Origin: Raja brachyura
Lineage: Eukaryota
Direction: 5' to 3'
Length of the DNA stretch: 64,000 nt
NCBI GenBank assembly: GCA_963514005.1
Contig: OY740787.1
Location: forward strand, 22,320,001-22,384,000
Shown here: positions 1 through 12,439 of the stretch, one piece after another
How the letters are laid out: each line of letters starts with the position of its first letter
Position numbering within the stretch: position 1 is the stretch's first letter
The notes under the pieces: generated by a model
What the model was told of the DNA's origin: nothing
The model's input: the letters and a program-made list of their open reading frames with translations, nothing else
The model's database searches: none
Translations under genes and position numbers: made by a program

Positions 1-74
1 GTTTGAAAAAATGCGGTAAACACGTCCTTACCAGAATACACCAATTCAGACCCAATGGAAATATATTATGCACA

Positions 75-1112
75 AGAAAGTAGGAGAGGACTAGACGACT
101 GGATCCGTCAAGCCTGCTTCACCATTTAACCTGATCTATGCTGGCGTCAACTCTTCTTCTGTGCCAGTTCCATGTAATTCCTTCATCTTTCAATACCAAA
201 GGTTCACAATTCTCAGTAGAAATGTCTATACATCTCAGTGTTAAATGACTAGCCCCTTATTTTGCAGCATGATTCCCTTATTTGTGACTCACCCACACAT
301 GAAAGCATTTCAATGTATTCCCTGCCAAGGCCCCCAAGGATCTTGTATGTTCGAATAAGGTATCTCCTCATCGTTTATATTCTAGGGAATACAGATCCAA
401 CCCCGACTTGTCTCTCTTGATAGGACCTCTTCTTTTCCCAGGAATTAGCCAGGTGAATCTCCGTCATTGTTACTACATCCTGTTTTAAGGTTGGGAACCA
501 AAACAATGCACAGTATTCCAGGTGCGGCCTCAACAACACCTTGTACATCTGTAGCAAAAACGTCTATTATTAAACTCCAAGCATTCCGTTTGCCATCTTA
601 ACTATGTGTAGCACCTGCCCGCTAACGTTTTGTGATTCATACACTTGAATACCAAGGCCTCTCTGAAATTCACTCATTTGCAGACTCTCGCCATCTAGAT
701 AATCGCCCTTTGAAGTGCATGACCTCACGCTTACAAAGATTAAACTCAATTTGTTAGCTTTTACCTAATCGCTCAATCTATCTACATCCCGTCACAGCAT
801 TTCAATGTTCCCATCACAACATGCTTTTCCGCCTTTTTTCATCTCATCGACAAACTTGGAAACCTTACACTTTGTTCCCTCCTCCAGGTCATTTGCAGCA
901 TTATTTGGTAATAGTAAATAATTGGGGGCTAAGAACTAATCCCTGGGCTACCACACAAGTTAGATCCCTCCACCCGAAAAAGGACCCATTTGCTCCAACT
1001 CATTTCCTACAAGACAGCCAATTTTCAGTCCATGATAACATACTTTCTCCAATACTCGGGCTCTTAATTAAATGACCAGCTTTATACTGTAATGGCACCT
1101 TGTCAAATGCCA
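75..1112 (-). mobile_element. CR1/HER1-type LINE 3' fragment (degenerate RT C-terminus and 3' UTR)
   Basis: ORF 375..557(-) reads YKVLLRPHLEYCALFW, matching the CR1 'LVRPHLEYCVQFWSP' motif. 'ggcaccttgtcaaatgcc' near 1095 is antisense to the KAFDKVP motif. Many stops and frameshifts. Confidence 0.85.
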
Positions 1113-2454
1113 AGGGGCTTTTTCCAATTATGTCCAGGAAGATTTTTATAATATATTATAAACTACTAAAACATATTGGGTGCAAAATAAATGAAAGAGA
1201 CATTAATTCAGTCATAATACTGATGTCTTTGATAGCTCTTGTAAGTGCTTGAATGATCACAATCTGTCCATTTTCCTTGAGAAAGAAACAAAAGTTGGAA
1301 ATACAAAAATAGGTGAAATAATCTGCACTACATCTCGCATTAGATAATGATAATTGGCTACCAGGAATTAATTGTCTTGACAAAAGAGAGAGCTACAAAT
1401 GACACGATAATGACTTTTGATAAATTGTAAGATTTTGCTTGAGAATTGCTGAGCTTTTTATAATCTAACTTCTGGAATGCGCAGAGATAATGTTTGAATT
1501 ATGCTTTTTATAATGTAAGACTCAAAACCAAGACCTACGTAGGAAAAAAAACAATCTAACCCCCAAGGAGTTAGTTCAGCTGTGGACTTCAGCCTTGATA
1601 CCCGTCTTGTTCCAAAAAACATAATGCAAAAATGATTCTTTCAAAAGTTAAGGGGAAAAAAAATCCACATTTCTACTTGGGAAAACAAGGTCAATTTTGA
1701 TCTTTTTAGGTTTAATTAAATCATGTACTAGTGTCAAACGGATCTCTTATTGTACTCAAAAATACAGATGTGCATTGACAATATGGCATTCTATGACCTG
1801 CCACAAAGATAGCGACTTTTACAGCTAAGTGATGAATTGCCAGAGTTTTTATTTGGTCTAACAATGGATGTTTGTATTTTTCATTTGGCTGTGTCCTGGG
1901 ACTGAGGATGCCTTGCTCTATGGCATGCCGAACCTGGTTAATATGCCACTTTTTATCTTTATTGCTAACTGTAATATAGTGCACCTAATGCTTCTTCTTC
2001 GCGCTAAGCATGTAGCTATTTTTTTATGCTTCCTTTATGCTTCATTGAGCCACTCCAGTGAGCAGGTTAGGCAATATTTCATAAGGTATTCTGGGATTTT
2101 GTGAACCTTTCAGGAAACAAATTGTAACAAGTTTAGTGTGAGTGAGCTGCCTGAAGACCACTGAAGTGAAGAAAATAAATACAGGAGATACTGGGAAGCT
2201 TAACCTAGTACCTTCTGTTTGTGCTGTGAGCAGGTACGCATATATACCCTGTTTCTTGTGTTGTATTTGCATGTGGCATACTTAAATTCCGAGTGTTGGT
2301 ATCCCACAACTCGTAATTCCTAAGTATTATTTATTGTTCCGTTAATAAAAAAACTACTTAATTGTCTCTTTCCATTTCAACCAATGCTACAGTTACATAA
2401 TCTTCTAGGATTGTTCCTGCACACATTTGAACCAGTGGTCTGGTTTCAGGTGTC

Positions 2455-2975
2455 AGACACAAAATGCTGGTGTGACTCAGCGGGTGAGGTCGCATCTCTG
2501 GACGACGTTTTGGGTGGAGACCCTTCTTCAGACTGATGTCAGGGGAGGGGGCGGGACAAAGATAGAATGTAGGTGGAGACAGTAAGACTAGTGGCAGAAC
2601 TGGGAAGGAGAAGGTGATGGAGAGAGAAAGCAAGGGCTATCAGAAGTTAGAGAAGTCAATGTTCATACCACTAGGGTGTAAACTACCCAAGCAAAATATG
2701 AGATGCTGTTTCTCCAATTTACGCTGGGCCTCACTCTGACAATGGAGGATGCCCAGGACAGAAAGGTCAGATTGGGAATGGGAGAGGGATGTGACGTGCT
2801 GAGCCACCAGAAGATCAGGTAGGCTAAGACGGACTGAGGGAAGGTGTTCAGTGAAACGATCGCCGAGCCTGCGCTTGGTCTCGCCGATGTAGAAAAGTTG
2901 ACATCTGGAACAGTGGATACAGTAGATGAGGTTGGAGGAGGTGTAAGTGAACCTCTGCCTCATTTGGAAAGACTG
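2455..2975 (-). mobile_element. Penelope-like retroelement 3' fragment (GIY-YIG end, 3' UTR and terminal repeat)
   Basis: The GIY-YIG ORF is followed on the - strand by a pyrimidine-rich UTR and the terminal motif 'cagtctgaagaagggtctccacccaaaacgtc...cagcattttgtgtct', which is shared by many copies in the window. Confidence 0.9.
2640..2963 (-). pseudogene. GIY-YIG endonuclease domain of a Penelope-like element (5'-truncated remnant, frame still open)
   Basis: Translation NLIYCIHCSRCQLFYIGETKRRLGDRFTEH...VAQH...RKLEKQHLIFCLGSLHPSGMN. It shows the IY...YIG signature, CxxC, the conserved R and H residues and a terminal PxGMN, as in PLE endonucleases. Confidence 0.9.
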
Positions 2976-5900
2976 ATGTAAAGGGGTCTATTCCTTCAGG
3001 GTTGAAGAACATGTCTTCATCCATACAAGGTTGTGATTCCGTAATGTTCTCCATTTGTTTTCTGCAACTACTCCCTGGATTTTTATTGTTTGCATTCTGC
3101 AAGTCCGCAGAAGGATGCGTGACTCACAGGAATAATGTCAATTTAATCTTTATTTGCACAAAACGTCTCCTCAGCCCCTAGAGAGGAAGTATTGGCAGAT
3201 ATCAGTGATATTGTTGAAACTGAAGACAAATGCAGAAAATAGATGCAAGGTTTTATAAAACTTGCAATTGAGTAATTAGTTGCAGCTGGTGTTGTTCCTC
3301 CCTCCTCTTTTTCTTGTACGTAGATTTCTGAAGATGACAACAACATAACACCTCACCCAGGTCTCCTATTTTTGTCCCTATAAATGGGAGAAAATCAAAG
3401 GATAATTCAATTACTTTAAAATAAATTCCAAATAACAAGCACAATTTCATTAATTGGGTCCTTCTGCACAGTTCCTGATTAAACTACCCAAGTAGGCAGT
3501 AGTACCTGCTAATTGAAGAAAGGGGAAGATTATTTATCTCCAGAGTGTTTAATGGGCTATTTTCATAGTCCATTATTTTTTGGTTCTGGATTGAATAATT
3601 TGGTAATATTTCTCTCTTGAGGGGGAAGGGAAAGGGAGGTATCGCTCTCAGCTCTTGAGCTGTCAGTTGGAAAACAATCCCTAATTTCAGCAAACACACT
3701 GTTTGCTTATACCCACATAATGTAACTTGCACGCCTAGGATATGCAGCAAATGGGAAAGCATGCATGGATTTCACAGGTAACAGGATTACGTGAGCATAT
3801 AATTGATCCATGTGGGAAAAAAGACAGAGCTCCAAATATGTGTATGCTTTGAAAATAGAATTTATGCAATGGACATTCATATATTTGAAGCAATCAGCAT
3901 GTAAGTTCTATCAGATCTATTTTCTAATGAGAAATTGCGCGCACTTGCAATATTTTTCTCTGCCCGAACCGTACTCACAGACAAGATCCATTAGTATTGG
4001 TTGGGATAATATCACAACGCGTTTAGAAAGCTTGGCAGAAGGGTATGTCAGGGGTTGGAGGTGGAGGTGGAGAGGAGAGGGGAGCATTGGCGGTGGTTAA
4101 TCTTTCGGGCATATATTTAGCCAATTTACACTGACTGGTAAATAATTAAATATATGTTCAGAAAGCATTAGTAACCACTGAGATCAAGGGCTATTTTGAA
4201 CATTTGGTTATTTCCAGAAGGTGAGGGTAGGATGTTGTGGGGTATTGCGAAAAGCAAACTGAAATCCCTTGCCACCTCATTCACTCACCCAATAGGACAA
4301 ATAAAATATTTTCAAATGCAACAAGTATTAGTTCAGCCAATAAAGCTCCAGATTAGGGTGGAATACTAGCTGGAACAATGAGTACCAAAAGTATCAAACA
4401 ACCCATATGAAGAAAACAAGTACAGAATGTGCATTGGAGTTAGCATCGCAATCAAACACAAAGCTGTCAAAGTTTAAATGTCCCCAGAGCTCCTTTGTGT
4501 TCTCTCATCTGACTACTGCATGTCAATGAAAGGGAAAGGTCCATTGCCTTATATTCTTAAGAGCTCTGGAAACTTGTCCATAATGATGGAGAGAGGCTTA
4601 AACCTGTAGTATATTGAACGGTAAAAAAGGAGCAAGGATTTGGTAGGAATTGCGTGTGATTTCATCCTGAACAAGAAAGCAAAAATTAACACCAACTATA
4701 CAAAACTACCAAAGGGAGAGCTAGCTTTTAGCACCCCACTCACTGCATTTTACACAAAGTTGTCCCTGCTAGTCTTTCATATACCTGCACTCTGTACATA
4801 AAACAAGTATTGGGCTAGAAAGCAGCTTACTTCTGGGGCAAAACTATACATTACCAATCTAGTGAAGAAACTGCTTTACAGAGCGTCACAATATTATGAC
4901 CTACTGCTGCGCTGTGATATGTAAAATCTGTTTCAATTTCTGCTGTTCTGACAATTTCACTTCATAAACCTCAAAAATAGTGAAGCCTTTTACTTGTTCA
5001 AATAAAATTTAATATTCTGAAAAAAAATAATTCCCATTGCAGTTAGAAGCATAGTGTTCTGGTAACTGATATATCATGACTTTGTAAAGAACTCATGCTG
5101 TGCAGATTTTCTGTCTTGCAAGCTAGACTTTTCTACATTCACATGCAGGCCAATTTGTAGAGATCAAAAATGGTTAGAGGCACATGTATTGCTATTCTTT
5201 TTCAGAGTATTATTCTTTTGAAATATGCCAGGATGCAATATAACTTTTTGAATCTGTGAGGAATCTCTGTTCTTCTATCGCCATTTTGTGCCTCTGCTAA
5301 TTAGCCAATGTTTACCAGCTCTGTGCTGCAGCTCTGGCCTGAAAATCAACAAATTTTGTCGACAGTTTTCCTTAAACTATATCGATTTAATTAAAGAGTT
5401 GGACTGTTCCTAATATCCTTTGCTCTGTCTTTATGTGGTTGATGTACTGTCAACAAATTTGAACTTCAGAAACCACATGTATTTATTTTACCAATTTTCA
5501 AAGGTGACTGGAAACACTTATACGTTGACCTCCGATTGAACGGAAAGCATTGAAGAAAGCTTCCTTTTCTTGGATATTCAGTCTAATCCATTTCCTGAAG
5601 CATTCAGGAGCAAATTGTACCTGCTGCTACTTTACAAAATCTATTTAAATTACAGGTCCAAGAATAAAAATTGGTCTCATCATAATGTCATAAATGCGTG
5701 TTAGGGTTTCTCCTCCTCAGGATTTCTGTAATATAGGTTTTGATGTTTCAAGTGCATCAAATTAAATACATTTTCGCACGCATATGCAACGCCATTGCAA
5801 CTAAAGGAACCCCATCTACAAACACCTCCACCACACGTGTCATTGTGCAAGTTGAACATATTATTTTAATCAGGAGCTACAAGTTCATAAAGAAGTGAGC

Positions 5901-5989
5901 AAATGCAATGCAAAAACTGCTGTTTCATCACAGCGAGCAAACTGGTGGGGTGTCACTTAAACAAACTTTTTTTTAAGAGTTCGAGGAAT

Positions 5990-6420
5990 AGGTGGGCAGG
6001 GTTAATATTTGTATTGGGGCCAGAAGTAAAGGAAAATTAAAAATGCGTATCAGTTGGCTGTCACGTGCTGATCTCTCTTTTCCCTTTTTTTCCCTCTCTC
6101 TTCACAGTGACATCTGCTATCAGGCTAAGCAGGTGTTCCTGTGTAAACGAACGTGGCCTGTTTGTGTTTCACTGTACTTGCAACTGCACAGTCAAATGAG
6201 CAGTGTGATTAAGAATCCTGTAAATTTTTGAAAAGGGACGGATGGCTGCCCTACTAGAACCTAATTACAAAGCTCGAACATCCGCGGCTCGGTGCTATCA
6301 CTGCAGCGGCGAACAGCAGAAATTAATAATATATAATGGCATCATTCTTGCAATTTATAAATGAAGTAGAGTGGGGGAGGATTCTGCTGATGTGCCGTTT
6401 CGTGTTAATTTTGCAAGATT
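5990..6420. promoter_or_regulatory. Candidate conserved non-coding element / enhancer
   Basis: Repeat-free, complex sequence with locally retained CpGs, E-boxes (cacgtg, caggtg, catctg), a FOX-like gtaaac and homeodomain taat motifs. Conservation cannot be shown from this window. Confidence 0.3.
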
Positions 6421-6764
6421 GAATAGAAATTGGAATTTTAGTGAGGTGAAACCTCGCTGACATACTCCTGCAAGTTGCGAACATGGGATTAACACTGTAT
6501 CCTAAATGTAATGTACCTATAATTTGAACCTTGTTTTGTAGTTAAACCTGGTTTGAAGACCACAATGGGACAGTTGAACAGGTGAACCATCCCCTCCTAA
6601 GGAAGCACCCTTGCTGTAGCCTTCTGCGATAGACATTACTAACAGTCTGTTAAACTTTTTCGGTGAGTTGAGACACTTATATGGAACATGGTTTCTCTAA
6701 GCCTACGATAGGCAATCCTGCCTTTCTCAACATACAAATAATTGGGGTAGAATGGAGAAAAATT

Positions 6765-6892
6765 GAAACAAGGAACTGCAGATGCTGGTTTATAAAAGAT
6801 AAGAAACCAAGTGTTGGAGTAACTCAGCTGGTCAGGCAACATCCGTGGATAACATGGAAGAGTGACATTTTGGACCGGGACCCTTCCTGAGA
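6765..6892 (-). mobile_element. Penelope terminal-repeat fragment
   Basis: 'aaggaactgcagatgctggttt...ggagtaactcagctggtcaggcaacatc...gtgacattttggaccgggacccttc' matches the other copies. Confidence 0.85.
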
Positions 6893-7599
6893 CTTAATTA
6901 GTTTGACTGAATTAGGGGATAAAAGCATCACCAGAGGTTCTTGACCATCAATAAGAATTAGTAAACAAGTATTTTTTTCCTTGTATTACCCTTTGTAATT
7001 GTGTGTTTACTTATATCACATTAAGAACTACAAACTAGAGGAATAATTTTTATTTTCATAAATTTTGCAGTGATATGTATCCTTTGATTGGATATATCTC
7101 CGCAATGTTACGTTAACAGAAGCAAAGACTGTTTAAAATACTTTGAAGATCTGAACCATGCATATGTTGTAAACTGTACCAACGTAGATGATCTCAAACT
7201 GCTGATTGTGTAACTGACTTGCATCTCACACAGACCGTCTTTTATTATATATGACAATTACAGCTATTTTTTCTAAACTTCAAATTGTAGTGTTCCAAAG
7301 TGAGCAAACATCAAAATCCAGAGCCTGTCACAGATGTTTGACTCGACATTGCCAGTTGTTATTGCTGCGTTTCTTCTGGTGGTGTCCCGTAACGGGGAAA
7401 AGGGGACCTCAAGCTATCTCACACCGGTCAGTTTATTGCACAGTTTGTACAGATTTTTCACAATAGTTGGTGACATAGTTTGGTAAGTATTTGAAACAAT
7501 AATCAGGATTATTATTTGAGGTAATTTTGTGGATGAGCATGATTGTTGACAGCAAAATAGAGATCTGGGCTGAAGTATTGAGTATTAAGAATTACAGAT

Positions 7600-7727
7600 T
7601 GATCAGTACAGTTGTCAGAGGTTATGGGGAGAAGGTGGGAGAGATAGATCAGCCATAATTGAATAATTGAATAGACTTGATGGGCCGAATGGCCTAATTC
7701 TATTCCTATTCCTTATGACTTTATGAA
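7600..7727 (+). mobile_element. HER1/CR1 LINE 3' end
   Basis: 'gatcagccat...gatgggccgaatggcctaattctattcctattccttatga', the conserved CR1-type 3' tail. Confidence 0.8.
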
Positions 7728-8598
7728 TGCAAATACACAAGACTTGTGAGCAGCATAAACTCCTGAAAAACGTGTGATTTATAAATGTACACCTATTCAT
7801 GGTGGGTGTTAAGTCCTGTTAATGCCACCTATTAGTGAATGCTCATGCCACAGTATGCACATATACTGTGGCAAAAATCTTTTTGTCTTTTTCTGCAACT
7901 TAGTTCATGTGAATTTGTGATTAGTTTCAGAGGTTCGGAGTGACATAAATGCATAATCCAGTTGGAAGTCGCAGCAGATGTTGAGCCTGTGCCCTGTCAC
8001 GCCACGTCTGTGTTTCACAATACAACATCATGCTCATTGTTACTCTTCTCTCTCCCCACCCAACCCATGACCCTTGACCTGCCATCTTGAATTTAATTGC
8101 ACCATTAGAGTTGAAAATGAAACATCATTCAAAACCAAACTAAAAACATAAAATAAATCTAAAAAATATTCCATTAGGTATCAATTTGCTAAATATTCAA
8201 CTAAGAATCAGTAAACTTTGTAGTCTGAATGATAACTTCACAGTATAAAGCAACCTCTTTAGCCACTGTAAAGTATTCACTTTCTGTGCTATTGATTTGA
8301 AAGGCACACGTTGAAGGGTGTGAAGTTAAGGGATCACACCTTTTTGCTTACTTTTGAATTACGTCTATTTAAAGTTTCATTGATATTGCTTACAAAAACA
8401 TTACATTAGATATTACATTAATCTCACACTTTCTGAAACCTTGAGATATCCCCAATTTCTTCCTTACTGTAGAAGTTGTCGTTCTAGTGAATTAGCACAC
8501 TAATATGCTACAAATAGCTTTGGATAAGTGGTCAGGTAATCTGATTTTGAGCAATATTAGTGGTGGAGCCAAGGCATTAGACACAGGGAACTACAGAT

Positions 8599-8739
8599 CA
8601 TCTTCTTCTTGCGTATGGCGTGCACAGCCTAAAGTTGTAGGACAACTTGTTCTATTTGATCTTATTTGATTGTGTACGCCAGGTTGATTGCATTCGTCGA
8701 AACAGGGCGGACCACGTGAAGGTTACAATCTTCCATCCC
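8599..8739 (-). mobile_element. Short (141 bp) retroposon with (AAG)n tail, inserted into a Penelope terminus
   Basis: Perfect 12 bp TSD ggaactacagat at 8587-8598 and 8740-8751. 'tcttcttctt' at the left end is an (AAG)n 3' tail on the - strand. Confidence 0.8.
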
Positions 8740-8915
8740 GGAACTACAGATGCTGGAATATTAAACAAAACAATAAACAGTTGAAGGAACTCACCATCAA
8801 TAGTAGGCATTTACAGATGACGTTTGGGTCGGAGCCCATCTTCAAGAGTCTGTTGTCTGCCCATGCTGCCTAACTCACTGAGTTTGTCCATCAGTTTGCT
8901 TTTTACAATAGATAA
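8740..8915. mobile_element. Degenerate Penelope-derived fold-back element
   Basis: 'ggaactacagatgctggaat...gaaggaactca' followed by the inverted 'atgctgcctaactcactgagtttgtccatcagtttg'. Confidence 0.7.
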
Positions 8916-9049
8916 CTTTCTTGCTCCGTTTTTATGAGTTTGGTTTTTCACTTCCAACTGAGAGGGCAGGTTTATTTTCGAACCTGAAAGCTGCATGGTG
9001 TTTTAATTTGCATGGAATTGATTCACATTTATGAGTAGATCAATTGTCA

Positions 9050-9210
9050 AGTCTGAAGAAGTCCATCAGACTGTCCATCTGAAGAAGGATCCCAACCCTA
9101 AACATCACCCATCCGTTTCCTCCAGAGATGCTGCCTGACCCGCTGAGTTACTCTAGCACTTTGCATCTATCTTCGGTATAAACCAGCATCTGCAGTTCCT
9201 TTCAACACAC
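9050..9210 (+). mobile_element. Penelope terminal repeat with degenerate hammerhead motif
   Basis: 'ctgaagaaggatcccaaccctaaacatcaccc...ccagagatgctgcctgacccgctgagttact...aaaccagcatctgcagttcc'. Confidence 0.85.
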
Positions 9211-9829
9211 ATAATTGTTCAGGTTTGGTTCATGAGCTGTACTGGTTTAGCTGATCTCAGCCATATAACAATTGTGGCTACTGCCACTACTCATTACTGT
9301 ATAATTTAGTGATGGGAAATATTGTGCAGAGATCCATTTCTGTGTAGGTTTTTGACTAATCCCCACTGGTGTTGTCCTATATGGAAACAGTGAGGGTAAA
9401 TGTGTTGCGGTGAAGACTGAGGTGAAAAGGGTAGGAAGTTAATACCTGGATCAACCATGACAATTATATTCCTGCCATAGGGGAGTGCTGAGCATAGATT
9501 ACAACATCTGTTGATTTTTCCCGTCCACAAAAAAAAGTTACAAACTGCAGTAGAAAAGAATTGTGAAAATAATGTTGGTCCATGTGTCATCATATAAGGC
9601 TGCAGATACTTTAAAATAATTGTACTCCATATCAAATTGTATAATTGAATTTGAATGGCCAGTGCCAATTCTTTAATATATAGAGTAGCATAGTCTTAAT
9701 GAATGCCTTTCACTGAACTTCTCATTCAGTTTGGTGTTGCAATAATTCCAATTCAATGTCCACTCCGCTTACCAGAGCACGGACATTGTGGGCTGAAGGG
9801 CCTCTTCCTGTGTTGTACTGTTCTATCTT

Positions 9830-10200
9830 CCAGAGACTTGAGCACAAGATTCTAGGCTATAATGTGGTATTGGAGGACTGCTACATTGCTGGATGTTTGG
9901 CACCTTGCTTTCTCTCAGTTGCTAAAACAAGGTTCTGTCCACTTTTTAGGGTGGGCTTAAAAAATCCCAAAATGTTGTGTCTGAGAAGTGCAGTGGATAT
10001 CTGTGCAGTGCCTTTCCAATTATACCATTGACCAACATCATTATGACAGATAACATTGCTTTTCATAGGAAGAGACGGTGCATAAATTGGCTCTTACATT
10101 TCCTATATTATGACAGCGACTATACTGTACATTGAAAGTATTTCATGGGCTTTGAGATGTCAAGAAGATGGGGAAGGTGCTATACAAATGCAGACTGTTT
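9830..10200 (+). mobile_element. Ancient DeuSINE (SacSINE1/AmnSINE-like), 5'-truncated
   Basis: 'cagagacttgagcacaagattctaggct...aaattggctc..catttcctatattatgacagcgactatact...gaaggtgctatacaaatgcag' follows the recalled shark DeuSINE layout and is collinear with the copies at 19340, 32240 and 42030. Confidence 0.7.
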
Positions 10201-10605
10201 ACCATTATATTAGACCAAATTATCCGTTCTCGGTACTGTGCCTATCCTTGAATGTGGTATTGCTGTCTCTTTTTTTTTAACAAAAGTAGCTTTGTAAAGG
10301 ATGTGCCTTTTTCTGATGATAACAGTGTAAAAATAACATGGATGTGTCAAACGATTTTTACAGATATTTGCATTGTAAGTAACTGTTCATCACTTTACTC
10401 GTCTCCAGAACTTAACAGATAGTGTTTCCTGGAGTTGGCAGGTGGCAGGGGAGGGGGGTGGAAGGGGACACATGTCAGAATGTCCAGGAATAGATTGACG
10501 TGTTCCAGTTTAGAAAACATTGACACCATAATGGTCGTTGGTGTATGGTTTAGGTAATCTTCCTTGCAGCAATTTAACACACCTTTGAAAATGGGCAGAA
10601 TAGAA

Positions 10606-10686
10606 TCAAAGTGCTGGAGTAACTCAGCAGGTCAGGCAGCATCTCTGAAGAAACATGGATAAGTGACGTTCTGGGTCAAGACCCTT
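10606..10686 (-). mobile_element. Penelope terminal-repeat fragment
   Basis: 'caaagtgctggagtaactcagcaggtcaggcagcatctctg...gtgacgttctgggtcaagaccctt'. Confidence 0.85.
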
Positions 10687-10854
10687 GAAAACGAGAATTG
10701 TCTACTTTGCCGCCACCATTGCCCACTTTGCTACAGATTTGGCTTCCAGTACTAAGGGCACCTACACCACCACCATAGGCAAAGTCTACACCATTAAGGG
10801 CACTGGCTTCTCTACTGTGGGAGCCATCTCTGTTTCTCAGCTGATCAGTGTGAA

Positions 10855-11370
10855 CCACTGTGCCTTTGTTAAAGGTAGGTCATGCCTGAGGAACTTGACT
10901 GAAGTGTTGGATAGATAAATATCTTTAGACGATATTTACATCAACTTCCAGAATAAATTATCACCTTGAGTAGAAGCTCTTGCATATCGTTGACATGGTT
11001 AGACAACTATCTGTGCCGGGAGATGGGGAGTGGGGATAGCGGGCAGGTGCACAAACTGGCAGTTAGCAATGGGCTGATTTTTTACCAATTTGAGTGGGAA
11101 AAATCACACTCAGGAATGCTGACTGAAAATTAATGCCCGACCTTGGCAGGGATCAAGACAAGCTTCTATGTGCAAAGGGTATTAGTACTGTGAGACTTGC
11201 TCACACAAATGACAATGCTTGGTCAGTTCTGAATTTAAAATTGAAATGAATAAATCTTGACCAAAAATATTCTGAAGTACGGAGAACATGGAGAAAGGGT
11301 CATGGCATCACTGAACAGAATAGAAGCTCAGTGGTGTATATGGCCTACTCCTATTCCTCTTCTTCCTACA
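10855..11370 (+). mobile_element. Highly degenerate CR1 LINE remnants
   Basis: End of ORF 10685..10918 reads FVKGRSCLRNL, matching the CR1 'GFxKGRSCLTNL' motif. A 3' tail 'atggcctactcctattcct' lies near 11340. Confidence 0.65.
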
Positions 11371-11612
11371 TTCCAACATGGATACTGCCTGATCCATTAG
11401 GGTACTTTTAGGTTTCTTTTCAGACTGAAGTGTTAAGTATCAAAGGTGACAGAGTATCCTTACAACATCATAACCAGGCCGTACACTTCGAGAGGTATAT
11501 GTACGGAGAATGAGTTATTAACACACCATAAAGTGTTGTCTCGTGATCAACCATAACCTTTTTTCTCTCCTGTGCTTTTTTAGTCCACATGGCTGGCTTA
11601 CAATTTGCACCA

Positions 11613-11812
11613 NNNNNNNNNNNNNNNNNNNNNNNNNNNNNNNNNNNNNNNNNNNNNNNNNNNNNNNNNNNNNNNNNNNNNNNNNNNNNNNNNNNNNNNN
11701 NNNNNNNNNNNNNNNNNNNNNNNNNNNNNNNNNNNNNNNNNNNNNNNNNNNNNNNNNNNNNNNNNNNNNNNNNNNNNNNNNNNNNNNNNNNNNNNNNNNN
11801 NNNNNNNNNNNN
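11613..11812. other. Assembly gap (200 N)
   Basis: N run. Confidence 0.99.
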
Positions 11813-12190
11813 ACCAGTGATACAGGTCACATCATTCTGTGGTTTTGAAGTTTTAAGAGTTGGATTGCCCTGGAGGCTGAACCAGAAGTTTTGTAGAGGA
11901 ATATCAATAGGCCAGTGCTTTCTACCACTGCCAGGTGATGCTTGTACTGTGACAAGGGAATGGAATTGTTGCACTGTCATTGGAAATCACTACTTTTCTG
12001 ATTACAGGGGTTCCTACTTTGTGATGATGTTTGGTACCAGTGATCCTGAGAACCATAAACCTGATGCATGGTAGTGATACAATCTGGGCCTCTTCATTGA
12101 AGGGCGATTCTGCTGGAATTTAGAGGGCTTGTAAGGCATATCAAATCAGCTTTGCCAAGACAAGCGAATGTCACAACATTTTCTCTCTTT

Positions 12191-12364
12191 NNNNNNNNNN
12201 NNNNNNNNNNNNNNNNNNNNNNNNNNNNNNNNNNNNNNNNNNNNNNNNNNNNNNNNNNNNNNNNNNNNNNNNNNNNNNNNNNNNNNNNNNNNNNNNNNNN
12301 NNNNNNNNNNNNNNNNNNNNNNNNNNNNNNNNNNNNNNNNNNNNNNNNNNNNNNNNNNNNNNNN
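12191..12364. other. Assembly gap (174 N)
   Basis: N run. Confidence 0.99.
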
Positions 12365-12439
12365 AACACTGGAAGGAATTGCAAATCAGTAGTGCTTTTG
12401 AATAAAAGGAAATGATCAGTTTTGGAATAGATAGTTCCA

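Noticed and set aside
3283-3300. agctggtgttgt, matching the 5' half of miR-138
   Set aside because: The 3' half differs and there is no complementary star arm.
7846-7873. Perfect 11 bp stem, 6 nt loop, followed by an A run (terminator-like on the - strand)
   Set aside because: Intrinsic terminators do not apply to vertebrate nuclear DNA, and one short hairpin has no other support.
12021-12064. C box (gtgatga) and D box (ctga), snoRNA-like
   Set aside because: Only ~44 nt with no terminal stem; too short for a C/D snoRNA.
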